DNA of 64,000 nt from Chloroflexota bacterium (GTDB lineage: Bacteria; Chloroflexota; UBA11872; VXOZ01), in contig OY760183.1 in assembly GCA_963663275.1 (NCBI GenBank), positions 1,280,001 to 1,344,000 on the forward strand. The letters are read 5' to 3'. Position numbers and translations under genes: made by a program. Below, piece by piece: positions 18,272 to 28,174 of the stretch (its first letter is position 1; every line of letters starts with the position of its first letter). The notes beneath the pieces are model-generated. The model worked only from the letters and a program-made list of their open reading frames with translations. It was not told where the DNA came from and searched no databases.

Positions 18272-19852
18272 ATGTCTGCTTCTGACAAGCCGGCATTCCC
18301 CTGGCGGTTCTGGTGGCTGCGCGCCGGGGGCGGCAGCGTGGTGAGCGGCGCGACCATCCTGATGGCGAGTTTCGTGCTCTCGCGCGTGTTGGGGTTAGCG
18401 CGGGAGGTAGCCATCAGCGCGCAGTTTGGCACGTCGAATGAGTTTGCCGCCTACGTAGCGGCATTCCGGTTGCCGGACCTGGCGTTTCTGCTCTTTGCCG
18501 GCGGCGCGTTGAGTTCCGCCTACATCCCGCTCTACCGCGAGGCGCTGGGGCGCAACGACCGCGCCGCCGCGCGGGCGTTCTGCAGCACGGCGCTCAACGC
18601 CGTGATAATGGCGGTGGGATTCTTCGTCGTCGGCGTCGTATTGCTGGCGCCGTTGATCGTGCCGCTCTTTACGCCCGGCTTCGATAGCGAGACCCGCCGG
18701 CTCACCGTCGCGCTGCTGGGCATCGTCGCCTTCTCGCCCTTGTTCCTCGCCGCCAGCGAAGTGCTCACGGCCACGCTGCACACCCGGCGGCACTTCCTGC
18801 TGCCCGCCCTGGCGCCGCTGCTCTACAATCTGGCAATCGTCGCCGGCGCCGTCGCGCTGGCGCTGCGGTGGGGCATCTTTGGCGTGGCGGCCGGCGTGGT
18901 GATTGGCGCGGTGTTGCACGTGCTCGTGCAGATTCCCGCCTTCCGGGCCTTGGGACCGGGCCTTAGCCTGACCCTCGACCCGCGCCTGCCGGAACTGAAG
19001 CGTCTGATACGGAGCGCCGCGCCGCGCATGGCCGGGCTGGTCGCCGTCCATCTCTCGCTGATGTTCATCACGGTCACGCTCGCCTCCACGCTGGGGGAGG
19101 GCATGGTGGCGGCGCTGCACTATGCCTGGATTCTGATGATGCTGCCGCTGGGGGTGTTTGGCATGTCGGTGGCGCGGGCCTGGTTTCCCCGCTTTGCCGC
19201 CGCCGCCGTCTCCGGTCCCACGCCGTTGCTGGCGCGGCAACTCACCGCGGCCATGCGCGCCGTGCTCTTCTTCCTGCTGCCGGCCGCCGCCGGGCTGATG
19301 CTCTTCGCGCCGCTGGTGGTGGCCGCGCTCTTGGAGCGGGGCGAGTTCGACGCCGCCTCCACCGACCTCACCGCCTGGGCGCTGCTCTTCTTTGCGATCG
19401 GCCTGGCCGGGCACGGCGCGGTGGAGGTGCTGAACCGGGGCTTCTTCGCGCTTCAGGATACGCGCACGCCGGTGTTGATCGGCATCGCCAGCATGGGACT
19501 GGGCATCGGGCTGGCCGCGCTGCTCATGCGGCCGCTGGCGCAGGGCGGCCTGGCGCTGGGCATCTCGCTTGCGGTCTTGCTGGAGGCGGTCTGGCTGTGG
19601 CTGCTGCTGGCGCGGCGCGTGGCGGGATTCCGCTTTCTCGGCGGCATACTCCCGCTACTCATCTGTACGTTCGCCGCCGCGGCCGCCAGTGGCGGGTTGC
19701 AATGGCTGGCGCCGCTCTCCGGCGCGCCCGCCGTCGTTCGGCTCGTTCTCTACGGCTTTGTGCTAATTGGCGTCTACGCCGCGTCCGCGCTGCTGCTCGG
19801 CGTGCCGGAAGCGCGCACCGCGTGGCAGCGCCTGCCGCTCGGGCGCCGGTAG
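18272..19852 (+). CDS. murJ: Lipid II flippase MurJ (MviN)
   Basis: LSRVLGLARE..FG, AFRLPD, GGALSSAYIP, LPLGVFG, LLERGEFD, FFALQDTRTPV; highly hydrophobic. Confidence 0.93.
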   Translation: MSASDKPAFPWRFWWLRAGGGSVVSGATILMASFVLSRVLGLAREVAISAQFGTSNEFAAYVAAFRLPDLAFLLFAGGALSSAYIPLYREALGRNDRAAARAFCSTALNAVIMAVGFFVVGVVLLAPLIVPLFTPGFDSETRRLTVALLGIVAFSPLFLAASEVLTATLHTRRHFLLPALAPLLYNLAIVAGAVALALRWGIFGVAAGVVIGAVLHVLVQIPAFRALGPGLSLTLDPRLPELKRLIRSAAPRMAGLVAVHLSLMFITVTLASTLGEGMVAALHYAWILMMLPLGVFGMSVARAWFPRFAAAAVSGPTPLLARQLTAAMRAVLFFLLPAAAGLMLFAPLVVAALLERGEFDAASTDLTAWALLFFAIGLAGHGAVEVLNRGFFALQDTRTPVLIGIASMGLGIGLAALLMRPLAQGGLALGISLAVLLEAVWLWLLLARRVAGFRFLGGILPLLICTFAAAAASGGLQWLAPLSGAPAVVRLVLYGFVLIGVYAASALLLGVPEARTAWQRLPLGRR

Positions 19853-19997
19853 AGCAAGGCGCGGGGCGCGTACGAGGGCGCCGGCAACGGCCGCACGACG
19901 ACAATTAAGAGCCGCCTTCACACTTTCACCACAGTTTGTTGGCACAATGTACGTTTGAACGCAGACGAAAGCGACCGCAGTCTCGCAAGAGGAGCAC

Positions 19998-21166
19998 ATG
20001 CCGTTGGCAGCACAAACCCAGACCACAGACGCCGGTCCCATCCGCGACCAGGCGCGCATCACCGCCCTCGACCTGATACGCGGCGTGGCGGTGCTGGGCA
20101 TTCTGTTGATGAACGCCGTATCGTTCGCGTTCGTGGAAGCGGCGTACTACAACGTCAGCGCGGACGGTACCGAGACGTGGCTGGATTGGGTCGTGGGCAT
20201 CTTTGGCGAGATCTTCATCGACCAGAAGTTCATGGGGATGTTCTCGCTGCTGTTCGGGGCGGGGATAATCCTGTTCATCGACCGCGCCGCCCGGCGCGGC
20301 GCGCGCGCCGTGCTGCTGAGCCTGTGGCGCAACGTTCTGCTGCTGGGCATCGGCATAGCGCACTTCACGCTGTGGTATGGCGACGTGCTCTGGATCTACG
20401 CGGTGTCGGCCTTCATTCTGCTCCCGCTGCGCAGACTGCCAAACCGGGCGCTGCTGGCGCTGGGCGCAGCCGTGTTCATGGTGAGCGTTGCCAGCGATTT
20501 GTACGGACAGTCCCTTGTCAACGCGGGCGCGCCGCTGGGCGGCACGTGGTCTACCACCGAGGCGGAGGACGCCACGCTGGGGTATCTCTCCTGGTTCTCG
20601 TACATCGCGCGCGGGCCGGGGATGGTGCTCATCGGCGCGGCGCTCTACCGCATGGGCTTCATGGACGGCGGCAAGCCGGCAAAGACGTACCGCGTGACCG
20701 CGGTCATTGGCTGGGCGTCGGCCTGGCGCTGGCCGCCCTGGGTGCGGCGCTTACGGCCGCGGCGGACTACTCCGGAGAGGTCGCGCTGCTGGGGCAGGTA
20801 CCGAACAGCCTGGGCACGATCCCGGCGGCGTTGGGCTACGCGAGCCTCATCATGCTGTGGAACAAGGGCGCCGACAATTGGCTCAAGCGGCGGCTGCGCG
20901 CCGTGGGCAGGATGGCGCTGACGAACTATCTGACGCAGTCGATCCTGGGCGTGCTCGTTTTGACCTACGCGCTGGCCGACGCCGGCTTCGTGAGCCGCAG
21001 CGCCGTCTTGCTTTTCGTGTTCGCGGTGTGGACGCTGCAAGTGTGGTGGTCGCAGGCGTGGCTGAGCCGCTTCTCCTTCGGGCCCGTGGAGTGGCTCTGG
21101 CGGGTGGCTACCTATCGCCGCCTCCAACCCTTGCGCCGCCCCCGGGACGCGCGGGGAGCGGCATAG
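19998..21166 (+). pseudogene. DUF418 (YeiB-like) membrane protein, frameshifted
   Basis: N-half (RITALDLIRGVAVLGILLMN, KFMGMFSLLFGAG, WYGDVL) is in one frame and C-half (VGRMALTNYLTQS, FSFGPVEWLWR) in another; switch near 20710. Confidence 0.8.
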
Positions 21167-21260
21167 GCAAGCCGCCGACCCGCCCGGCGCGGGGGAGTCT
21201 GGCCGCTTCCGCGCGGGGTTGATATTGAGCGCCGTCCGCTTCCCGTCTCTACCCGCTTGA

Positions 21261-21289
21261 TTGACACGCTCTCGCAACTGGATTAGAGT
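21261..21289 (+). promoter_or_regulatory. Sigma70-type promoter for the SBP gene
   Basis: TTGACA-17 nt-TAGAGT; short inverted repeat GGGAT-TGACC-ATCCC downstream. Confidence 0.55.
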
Positions 21290-21343
21290 CGTGGCATGGG
21301 TAAATGGGATTGACCATCCCCCAGTCAGGCAAGGAGAGGCGAA

Positions 21344-22732
21344 ATGTTAACACGGCGAAACTTTCTGCGCTTCAGCGGCGTAGCGGCTACGGCGGTTGTC
21401 GCGGCGGCTTGCGGCACGGCGCAGATGGCCCCGGCGGCTGAAGAGCCGGCCGCGGAGGAGAAAGAAGCCCCCAAGGAGGCTGCCGCGGAAGCGCCGGCCA
21501 AGGAGTTGCGGAAACTCTCCATCCATAGCTACGGCAACGCCGCCGTGCTCGAGCGCTACGTGCGCGTCTTAGGCGTCTTCAACGAGACGTTTGCCGGTGA
21601 GTATGAGGCGGAAGCGACCATTACACCCTTCTCCGAGTACAACCCCAAGCTGATCTCTCAGATTACGGCGGGTGTGCCGCCGGACGTCTGGAACATGTGG
21701 GCGCAGTTCAAGTCCAATTACGTGGAACAAGGCATTGTGCTCGACGTTACCGATCGCGTCAAAGCGAGCGCGACTGCCAGCCTGGACCACTACGTCCAGC
21801 CGATGCACGAAGCCATGTCGTATCAAGGCCGCATCTGGGGCACGGCGCAGGACTTCAACGGCACCTTGATCTATCTCAACCTGACCATCTTCCAGAACGC
21901 GGGATTGGAATTGCCGGCCGAAGGCTGGACGATGGATGACCTGCGCGACATTGCGAAGCGCACCGTCAATCCGGAGGAGAACATCTGGGGCGGCAAGAAT
22001 CTCGCGAACAACACCGGCTCCGACAATTTTGCGGTGATGTGGAATTACGGCCAGCACTTCTGGGTGGACGACGAGCAGACCAATTCGTTGGTCAATAGTC
22101 CGGCCGCCGTTGCCATGTATACCATCTACCAGGACATGGCGTATGCCGACCGCAGCATGCCGTCGGCGGCCAATCCCCAGGAAAGCGGCCTCGGTTCCCA
22201 TCAAGGGTACTATGCCACGTGGGACGCCTGGGGCAACGAGCCCTGGTGGATCGATTTCCGTAATGAGGGCAACGTGCCGTTCGAATGGCAGGCCCATACG
22301 TATCCCGCCGGCCCCATGGACCAGAAGCACTTCTCCCAGGGCCACCTGTGGTCGATTGCGGAGTCCCATGCGGACCACGATACCGCTTGGTTCCTTGCCG
22401 AGTGGATCGGCGGTCTCGAGGGCTGGAAACAGTGGGTAGCCCTGGGACAGGGTCAGCCGCTGCCGGTCTCCGACCGCGCGCTGTGGGAGCAGTATTACAG
22501 CTTCCTGCCGCCGGAAAAGGCGCAGATACAGACGGACTTCATGCTGGAGCGCATGTACAACGGCCTGGCCTTCAACTTCCAGTACTGGCCGACGTACGGC
22601 GATTGCAGCGGCATTATGCGCGAGGCGCACAAGGTCATCTTTGGTGAATCGCCGGGCGACGTGAAGTCCAACCTCGACGAGGCCGCCAAGCGCATGGAAG
22701 CGGTGCTGGACGAGTACAAGAACCGCTCGTAA
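21344..22732 (+). CDS. ABC transporter substrate-binding lipoprotein (Tat signal)
   Basis: TRRNFL, VAAACG, acidic Ala/Glu linker, AGVPPDVW, IYLN.TIFQNAGLELP..GWT. Confidence 0.9.
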   Translation: MLTRRNFLRFSGVAATAVVAAACGTAQMAPAAEEPAAEEKEAPKEAAAEAPAKELRKLSIHSYGNAAVLERYVRVLGVFNETFAGEYEAEATITPFSEYNPKLISQITAGVPPDVWNMWAQFKSNYVEQGIVLDVTDRVKASATASLDHYVQPMHEAMSYQGRIWGTAQDFNGTLIYLNLTIFQNAGLELPAEGWTMDDLRDIAKRTVNPEENIWGGKNLANNTGSDNFAVMWNYGQHFWVDDEQTNSLVNSPAAVAMYTIYQDMAYADRSMPSAANPQESGLGSHQGYYATWDAWGNEPWWIDFRNEGNVPFEWQAHTYPAGPMDQKHFSQGHLWSIAESHADHDTAWFLAEWIGGLEGWKQWVALGQGQPLPVSDRALWEQYYSFLPPEKAQIQTDFMLERMYNGLAFNFQYWPTYGDCSGIMREAHKVIFGESPGDVKSNLDEAAKRMEAVLDEYKNRS

Positions 22733-22757
22733 TCCCTCTGGCAGGCGGTAATCGAGC

Positions 22758-22915
22758 AACGGGTAGGGGCACGACATGTCGTGCCCCTACCCGTCTTGCG
22801 TAAAGCGGGCATTGACGGTCGTGCCCCTACCCGTTATGCGTAGCGCGCGCGTTGACGGTCGTGCCCCTACCCGTTTTGCATAAAGGGTACGTTGACGGTT
22901 GTGCCCCTACACCGT
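22758..22915. repeat. REP palindrome followed by a 40-bp-period tandem array of its right arm
   Basis: GTGCCCCTAC at 22781, 22821, 22861 and 22901. Confidence 0.9.
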
Positions 22916-23046
22916 TTTTGCGAGGCCCTGCTCGAATGCGGCATGCCATCCGTCGCGGGCGGTTGCCGCCGCGCTGTGCGCGCCTGCGCGCGGGGCGTTC
23001 CTCGCCTTGCCGCCCTCGCTCAAGCACTAGTGCGCTGTGCTGGACT

Positions 23047-23135
23047 GTCATTCCGAGCGGAGCGAGGAATCTAGGATGCCCGCACACAGTCCGATTGGCT
23101 CAGCACTCTAGATTCCTCGCTCCGCTCGGAATGAC
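23047..23135. repeat. Inverted pair of 28-bp GTCATTCCGAGCGGAGCGAGGAATCTAG arms between convergent genes
   Basis: Arms 23047-23074 and 23108-23135 are exact reverse complements. Confidence 0.9.
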
Positions 23136-23192
23136 GCAATTGGGGCAATGACGCGAAGCGCGCTCCGATAACGGAATCGAGTCCGGGTCTAC

Positions 23193-24215
23193 CTATTCTG
23201 TGACTTCAGCGCGCTCCACGGCGCGGCGCTCCTGGCTGGAGCGGCAGAGCATCTCGCAGGCGCGGAGCACTTCCAGGTTGTTGCGCCCGCTGATCTCCGG
23301 CTCGACGCCGTCCGCGATATAGCGGTAGAAGTCGTCGATCACGCCGTGCTCGCTGCGGGTTGGCGCCGGCGCGTGGGGAACGGGCCGCGGCGGCCGCGCT
23401 TTGCCAAAGTCCGCGTCCGGCGTGGTCTGCCACTGCCAGTTTTCGCCGTCCCAGTCCAGCACGCCCTCCGCGCTCTGCACCGCGAAACGGTAGTCGTTGA
23501 AACTGGCGACGTGCGACATGGCGTAGGTAGTAATCGCGCCGCTCGCAAAGCGCAGGGTCGCCGCAATCCCGGCGTCGTGGGGGTATTGCGACCACGGCGC
23601 GCTGAAACTGCGGGCCGTAACTTCCGCAATCGGCCCAAAGCAGCAGACCAGGTTGTCCAGGTGGTGCACGCTCATGTCCCACACCATCGCGAACGGATAG
23701 TCCAGCGTGCGCGGTGTGGGCCGGTAGCGGTGGTGAATCAGGTCGATCAGGTGGGGCGTGCCGTAGTCTCCGCTTGCGATTGCGGCTTTCAGCGTGCGCA
23801 CCTCGGGGCGGTAGCGGTAGTTCTGCGAGACGCAGAAGCGCACCCCGGCGCGTTCCGCCGCCGCCACCAACGCAATGGCGTCCGGCCAGTTCGTCGTCAT
23901 GCCTTTCTCGACCAGCACGTGCTTGCTGGCTTGAAACGCCAGCCGGGCTAAGGGCGCGTGGTAAATCGTGGGCGCGCAGATGATGACGGCGTCGGCCTCT
24001 ACGGCGTCAAGCGCCTCGTCCAGTTGCGTAAATGAGACCGCCGCGCCAAGCCCGGTGTGCGCCCGCGCCGCCGCGAGCAGTTCCGGCGAAACGTCCACCA
24101 GCGCCGCCGGCTGAAACCGGGGATCGGCCGTCAACACCTCCAGGGGCCACTGGCCCCGGCGGCCGACGCCGACGTGGATGGTGCGAATAGGGGCGCGCTC
24201 GGTCATGATTGTCAT
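23193..24215 (-). CDS. Gfo/Idh/MocA family oxidoreductase
   Basis: IHVGVGRRG, ICAPTIYH, HVLVEKG, VSQNYRY, WDMSVHHLD. Confidence 0.9.
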   Translation of the reverse strand: MTIMTERAPIRTIHVGVGRRGQWPLEVLTADPRFQPAALVDVSPELLAAARAHTGLGAAVSFTQLDEALDAVEADAVIICAPTIYHAPLARLAFQASKHVLVEKGMTTNWPDAIALVAAAERAGVRFCVSQNYRYRPEVRTLKAAIASGDYGTPHLIDLIHHRYRPTPRTLDYPFAMVWDMSVHHLDNLVCCFGPIAEVTARSFSAPWSQYPHDAGIAATLRFASGAITTYAMSHVASFNDYRFAVQSAEGVLDWDGENWQWQTTPDADFGKARPPRPVPHAPAPTRSEHGVIDDFYRYIADGVEPEISGRNNLEVLRACEMLCRSSQERRAVERAEVTE

Positions 24216-25342
24216 TCCTCCCGCGCGGCGAGATGCCGGACTTTGTCTTCGTCAACCTCGATGCCCAGTCCCGGAGCGTCCGTCACGAGCACGGCGTCGC
24301 CTTCACGGGGGAGCGTTTTGGCGGCGATGTCGTCGGTAAGGAATTGCGGGCCGTTGAGAGCGCACGGCTGCATAATGCCCCAGGCCGCGGCCAGGTGGAC
24401 GCTGGCGGCGAACGCCACGCTGCACTCGGTGAGGCCGCTGCACACCAGCATCAGCCCGGCGGCGTCGGCGAGCGCGGCGCAAGTGCGGGAGGGCCAGAGG
24501 CCGCCGGTGCGCGTGACCTTGAACGTGAACGCCGTCAGCGCCTCCTGTTTGATCAGCGTGAGCAACGGCACCGGGCCGCTGACGGCCTCATCCTGCGCCA
24601 CCGGGATTGGCGATTCCGCCGCAAGGCGCGCCGCCGCGCCGGGCCGGTCCGGCGCAACCGGCTGTTCCAGCAGGGCCACGCCGGCGTCCGCCAAGTCATG
24701 CATCCGCCGGCGCGCCTCGTGGGGCGGAAAGCCGCCGTTGGCGTCGGCCCAGAGGAAGCCGTCGGGAAAGGCGCGCCGCACCAGCGCGCACAGTTCGAGA
24801 TCCCAGTCCATCGCGCCGCCGACCTTCACGTTGCAACTGGTGTAGCCGCGTTCCTCAGCCTCGCGCAGGCTGTCCGCCACTTCCGCCGCATCGCCGCCGG
24901 TCACCGTCCAACTCAGGCGCGCGCCGTCCGCCCGCCGGTGGCCGAAGAGGTCGCGCAGCGGCACGCCGTAATGCCGCGCCAGGGCGTCGTGGGCGGCCAC
25001 GTCGATCGCGGCGCGGGCAATCGGCATGCTCAGGCCCCAGAGGGGGGCGATGGCGCCGTTCATCGCGTCGTGCAGCCCGTCGAAGTCTGCCAACGGGACC
25101 CCAATCACGGCGGGTATGAAATGGTCCTGGAGCACGCTCACTACGGATTCGCGGGTTTCCGGCGACCAGGTGTGGGAAGGCGAACCCTCGCCCCAGCCGA
25201 CGGTTCCGTCGCTGGCGGTGAGTTTCGTGAGCACGATCGGGCGGCCGGCGGCGGCGCTGCCCACGGTGCCCCGCGACGTGCGAAAGAGACCCTTGAACGG
25301 CAGCGTGAACGAGAAAACTTCAATGCGTGCTATCGTGGGCAT
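24212..25342 (-). CDS. Enolase-superfamily enzyme, muconate-lactonizing / dipeptide-epimerase subgroup
   Basis: GTVGWGEG, AIDVAAHD, metal ligands in WADAN / LEQP / AQDE, FKVTRTGG; the KxK motif reads NVK. Confidence 0.88.
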   Translation of the reverse strand: MPTIARIEVFSFTLPFKGLFRTSRGTVGSAAAGRPIVLTKLTASDGTVGWGEGSPSHTWSPETRESVVSVLQDHFIPAVIGVPLADFDGLHDAMNGAIAPLWGLSMPIARAAIDVAAHDALARHYGVPLRDLFGHRRADGARLSWTVTGGDAAEVADSLREAEERGYTSCNVKVGGAMDWDLELCALVRRAFPDGFLWADANGGFPPHEARRRMHDLADAGVALLEQPVAPDRPGAAARLAAESPIPVAQDEAVSGPVPLLTLIKQEALTAFTFKVTRTGGLWPSRTCAALADAAGLMLVCSGLTECSVAFAASVHLAAAWGIMQPCALNGPQFLTDDIAAKTLPREGDAVLVTDAPGLGIEVDEDKVRHLAAREE

Positions 25343-25376
25343 GGTTGCTCCTTCGTGAGCGGCGGTTCTCCCAGAA

Positions 25377-25518
25377 GTGGCGTTTACATAAGTCCGTCAT
25401 TCCGGCGAAAGCCGGAATCCAGAGGGCTGTTGCACGTTAAGGATAGCATGATGAAAAGCCATGTTGTCCCCCCATCCCAACCTTCCCCCCAAAGGAGAAG
25501 GGGTTAGGCAAAGGTCTC
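25377..25518. mobile_element. MITE family A, degenerate left end
   Basis: Right TIR GCAAAGGTCTC intact; internal GTCATTCCGGCGAAAGCCGGAATCCAG and CCCATCCCAACCTTCCCC as in the other copies. Confidence 0.7.
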
Positions 25519-25534
25519 CCAAAGGGGAAAGGGG

Positions 25535-25771
25535 CTATAGAGTGGGTTCCAGAGGTTTCATGCGCAGCGGCGTATCCATGAGATACGTGAGCGCGACGCG
25601 GTGGCCGGCCTGGGGGTTGGCGTACACGCAGTCCGCAGCCAGGTGCACCTCATGGATGGTGTGGCGGTCCTCTTGCCAAACGAGCGTCAGCTTGTAGTGT
25701 TCCACTCCTTGCAGGTCGTAGGCCTCGACCTGGAGCAGCAGCGCCGGGCGCTCCTGGGTGGCGCGCATCAT
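25535..25771 (-). CDS. Hypothetical protein (78 aa)
   Basis: MMRATQERPALLLQVEAYDLQG...; start overlaps the upstream stop (ATGA), with a GAGGA RBS. Confidence 0.6.
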   Translation of the reverse strand: MMRATQERPALLLQVEAYDLQGVEHYKLTLVWQEDRHTIHEVHLAADCVYANPQAGHRVALTYLMDTPLRMKPLEPTL

Positions 25772-26280
25772 GGCGATTCCTCGCGTTGCTCTGCCAGGCG
25801 CGCGTTCACGCGCTCCAGGACGTATGCTACCAGGCGCGCCGCACTGGATTCTACGACCGCCGTCGTCAGCGGCGCGGTTGCGTTTGTCGTCGCGTTCTCC
25901 GGGCCGCGCAGCGCCAGATGGAGCGTACCGGCGCGCGGCGTGCGTTCCCACTCCACCGCCAGGCCCCATTCCGCGCCGAAGGCCGCCTGCGCCAGCGCGG
26001 CCAGTCCGCGCAGGCGCGCCGGGCTGCCGGGCGGTTCCGTCTGCCAGCCGCCGTCTCCGGTGAGCGCGCGCGGCCAGGCGGCGGCGTCCGCCGTGAGAAT
26101 GAGCGCGCCCCTGTAGAAGGCGGAACTGCCCGCCTCCGCCGTGAAAGCCTGGGAAACCAAGCCGCCGCTGCCGATCTCCACGCAGGCCAGCGTCTCATGC
26201 CGCGCCGCCAGGCGGGCCCCGATGCGCCGGCGCAACGCAGCGGCAGACTGGGGCTCACGTGGACGAGAAAGGCCGTTCAC
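25768..26280 (-). CDS. CinA/PncC C-terminal-domain-like protein, divergent
   Basis: TLACVEIGSGGLVS..T..AGSSAFYRG resembles LA.AESCTGG...PGSS.YF.GG; start may be 26304. Confidence 0.65.
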   Translation of the reverse strand: MNGLSRPREPQSAAALRRRIGARLAARHETLACVEIGSGGLVSQAFTAEAGSSAFYRGALILTADAAAWPRALTGDGGWQTEPPGSPARLRGLAALAQAAFGAEWGLAVEWERTPRAGTLHLALRGPENATTNATAPLTTAVVESSAARLVAYVLERVNARLAEQREESP

Positions 26281-26282
26281 CG

Positions 26283-26537
26283 CTACCGCCAGACTATTTC
26301 CCATTGCACCGGCGCGTCGTTGAGCGGCTGATTGTACTCGTCGAGCACGTTGAAGCGCAGGCCGTCCGCCCGCCGCGCCTCGATGCGCACCATGCGCACC
26401 TCGTCCGTCAGGGCGTAGCAGAGGACTTTGCGGGGCACGCCGCGCCCCTGCGCCACAATCTCGGCGGGAAACGCCAGCGTCCGCGCGCCCCGCGCGGTCT
26501 CCGTCTTGAACGTCAGCGGCTCTCGTTCTTCCGGCAC
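26283..26537 (-). CDS. Hypothetical protein (84 aa)
   Basis: GTG with AAGGAG RBS; (M)PEEREPLTFKTETARG...QWEIVWR; first gene of a tightly packed three-gene unit. Confidence 0.6.
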   Translation of the reverse strand: MPEEREPLTFKTETARGARTLAFPAEIVAQGRGVPRKVLCYALTDEVRMVRIEARRADGLRFNVLDEYNQPLNDAPVQWEIVWR

Positions 26538-26792
26538 GTCGGTCTCCTTGCGAACTCGCGGCGACTTGGTGGCGACCTGGTGGCGACCTCTTTGCCACCC
26601 CTTGGTGTTTTCCGGCGCCCCCTGCGCGCGTCTGCCACTGTATGATAGCATTACTGTGTACGCTCTGAGCGTGGCCCCCCTGATCGTGCAACCCCCGTTG
26701 GCTGCTTGCCCCAGCCGCGCGCGCCGAATCCGCAGTGGCGTATCTCGACACGATTGTGCCCACTTCTTCAAGAGACGCAGTAGGAGGAGCGA

Positions 26793-27770
26793 GTGGTGAA
26801 AACGGCCTTGATAACCGGCATTACCGGACAGGACGGCACGTATCTCGCCGAGTATCTTCTCGGCCTGGGATACACGGTGCACGGTCTCATTCGCGGCCAG
26901 AACAATCCCAAAGCGGAGGCCGTGCGGCGGCTCATTCCGGACTTGGAACTCATCGAGGGGGATCTCCTGGACCAGAGTTCGCTCATCGGCGCCGTGGAGG
27001 CCGCGCAACCGGATGAGGTCTATAATCTGGGGGCGATCAGCTTCATCCCGGTGTCGTGGCGGCAGCCGGTGCTTACCAGCGAGATTACGGGTCTGGGCGT
27101 CACGCGGATGCTGGAGGCCATTCGCATCGTGAACCGGGACATTCGCTTCTACCAGGCGTCCAGCAGCGAGATGTTCGGCAAGGTGCGCGAGGTGCCGCAG
27201 AGCGAGACCACGCCCTTCCATCCGCGCAGCCCGTACGGCGCGGCCAAGGCGTTTGGGCACTACACCACGGTGAATTACCGCGAGAGTTACGACATGTTCG
27301 CGTGCTCGGGCATTCTCTTCAACCATGAATCGCCGCGCCGGGGCCTGGAGTTCGTGACGCGAAAGACGACGAACGCGGCGGCGCGCATCAAGCTGGGCAC
27401 GCAGTCGGAACTCGTGATGGGCGATCTGACGCCAAAGCGCGATTGGGGCTACGCCGGCGACTACGTGCGGGCGATGCATCTGATGCTGCAACAGGACGAG
27501 CCGGACGACTACGTGGTCGGCACCGGCGAAACGCACTCGATCCAGGAGATGTGCGCGGCGGCGTTTGCCCACGTGGGTTTGGACTGGCGGGACTACGTGC
27601 GCACCGACCCGCGCTTCCTGCGTCCGGCGGAGGTGAGCCTCTTGATCGCCGACAGCGCGAAAGCGCGCGAGAAGCTGGGGTGGCGGCCGACCGTGGACTT
27701 TCCGGGTCTGATCGAGATGATGGTGGAGAGCGATCTGGAGCGCGAGCGCGCCAACGGCGGGGGCGAATGA
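26793..27770 (+). CDS. gmd: GDP-mannose 4,6-dehydratase
   Basis: [55 protein letters not shown]. Confidence 0.96.
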   Translation: MVKTALITGITGQDGTYLAEYLLGLGYTVHGLIRGQNNPKAEAVRRLIPDLELIEGDLLDQSSLIGAVEAAQPDEVYNLGAISFIPVSWRQPVLTSEITGLGVTRMLEAIRIVNRDIRFYQASSSEMFGKVREVPQSETTPFHPRSPYGAAKAFGHYTTVNYRESYDMFACSGILFNHESPRRGLEFVTRKTTNAAARIKLGTQSELVMGDLTPKRDWGYAGDYVRAMHLMLQQDEPDDYVVGTGETHSIQEMCAAAFAHVGLDWRDYVRTDPRFLRPAEVSLLIADSAKAREKLGWRPTVDFPGLIEMMVESDLERERANGGGE

Positions 27771-27876
27771 TTCTTGGATTGTTGCGCAGCGTGAAGTATG
27801 GTATTCTAAGTAGCCTAGTGTGCGAGCGCGGTGTTTGCACGTGTGGCGACGCGAAAACACAAGGAGTGTGGGTGAT

Positions 27877-28086
27877 TTGTCAGCAGTGACCTTGCGCGAC
27901 GGTGAAAGCTTCGAGAGTTTCTTGCAGCGATTCCGCTCGTCGGTAAACCGTTCGGGAGTGATGCGGGAAGTCCGCTTGCGGCGCTTCTATCGCTCGAAAG
28001 CAGAAAAAGAACGTTTGGCGCTCCAGCGGGCTATTCGCCGCCAGCGCCGGCGCGAGGCCAAAGTGCGCAAGTCGATGGGGGGCTAG
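27877..28086 (+). CDS. rpsU: 30S ribosomal protein bS21
   Basis: V.LRDGESFESFLQRFR..V.RSGVMREVR.RRFY.SKAE, basic tail; TTG start with AAGGAG upstream. Confidence 0.85.
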   Translation: MSAVTLRDGESFESFLQRFRSSVNRSGVMREVRLRRFYRSKAEKERLALQRAIRRQRRREAKVRKSMGG

Positions 28087-28137
28087 GAGAGTCCGATCCT
28101 CCGCGCTCCGCCCACGCAGCCTGTGCAACGGAGATGA

Positions 28138-28174
28138 CAATAGCGCGCGACGGAGTCGCGCGCTATTGCTTTTC
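28138..28174 (+). terminator. Probable intrinsic terminator after rpsU
   Basis: 14-bp perfect stem CAATAGCGCGCGAC-gga-GTCGCGCGCTATTG followed by CTTTCT. Confidence 0.65.

Noticed and set aside
22778-22915. Mini-CRISPR
   Set aside because: The linkers are homologous to one another; this is a tandem duplication of a REP arm
26538-27860. 525-aa minus-strand ORF
   Set aside because: Mostly antisense to gmd; only the last 84 codons, with their own RBS, look like a gene
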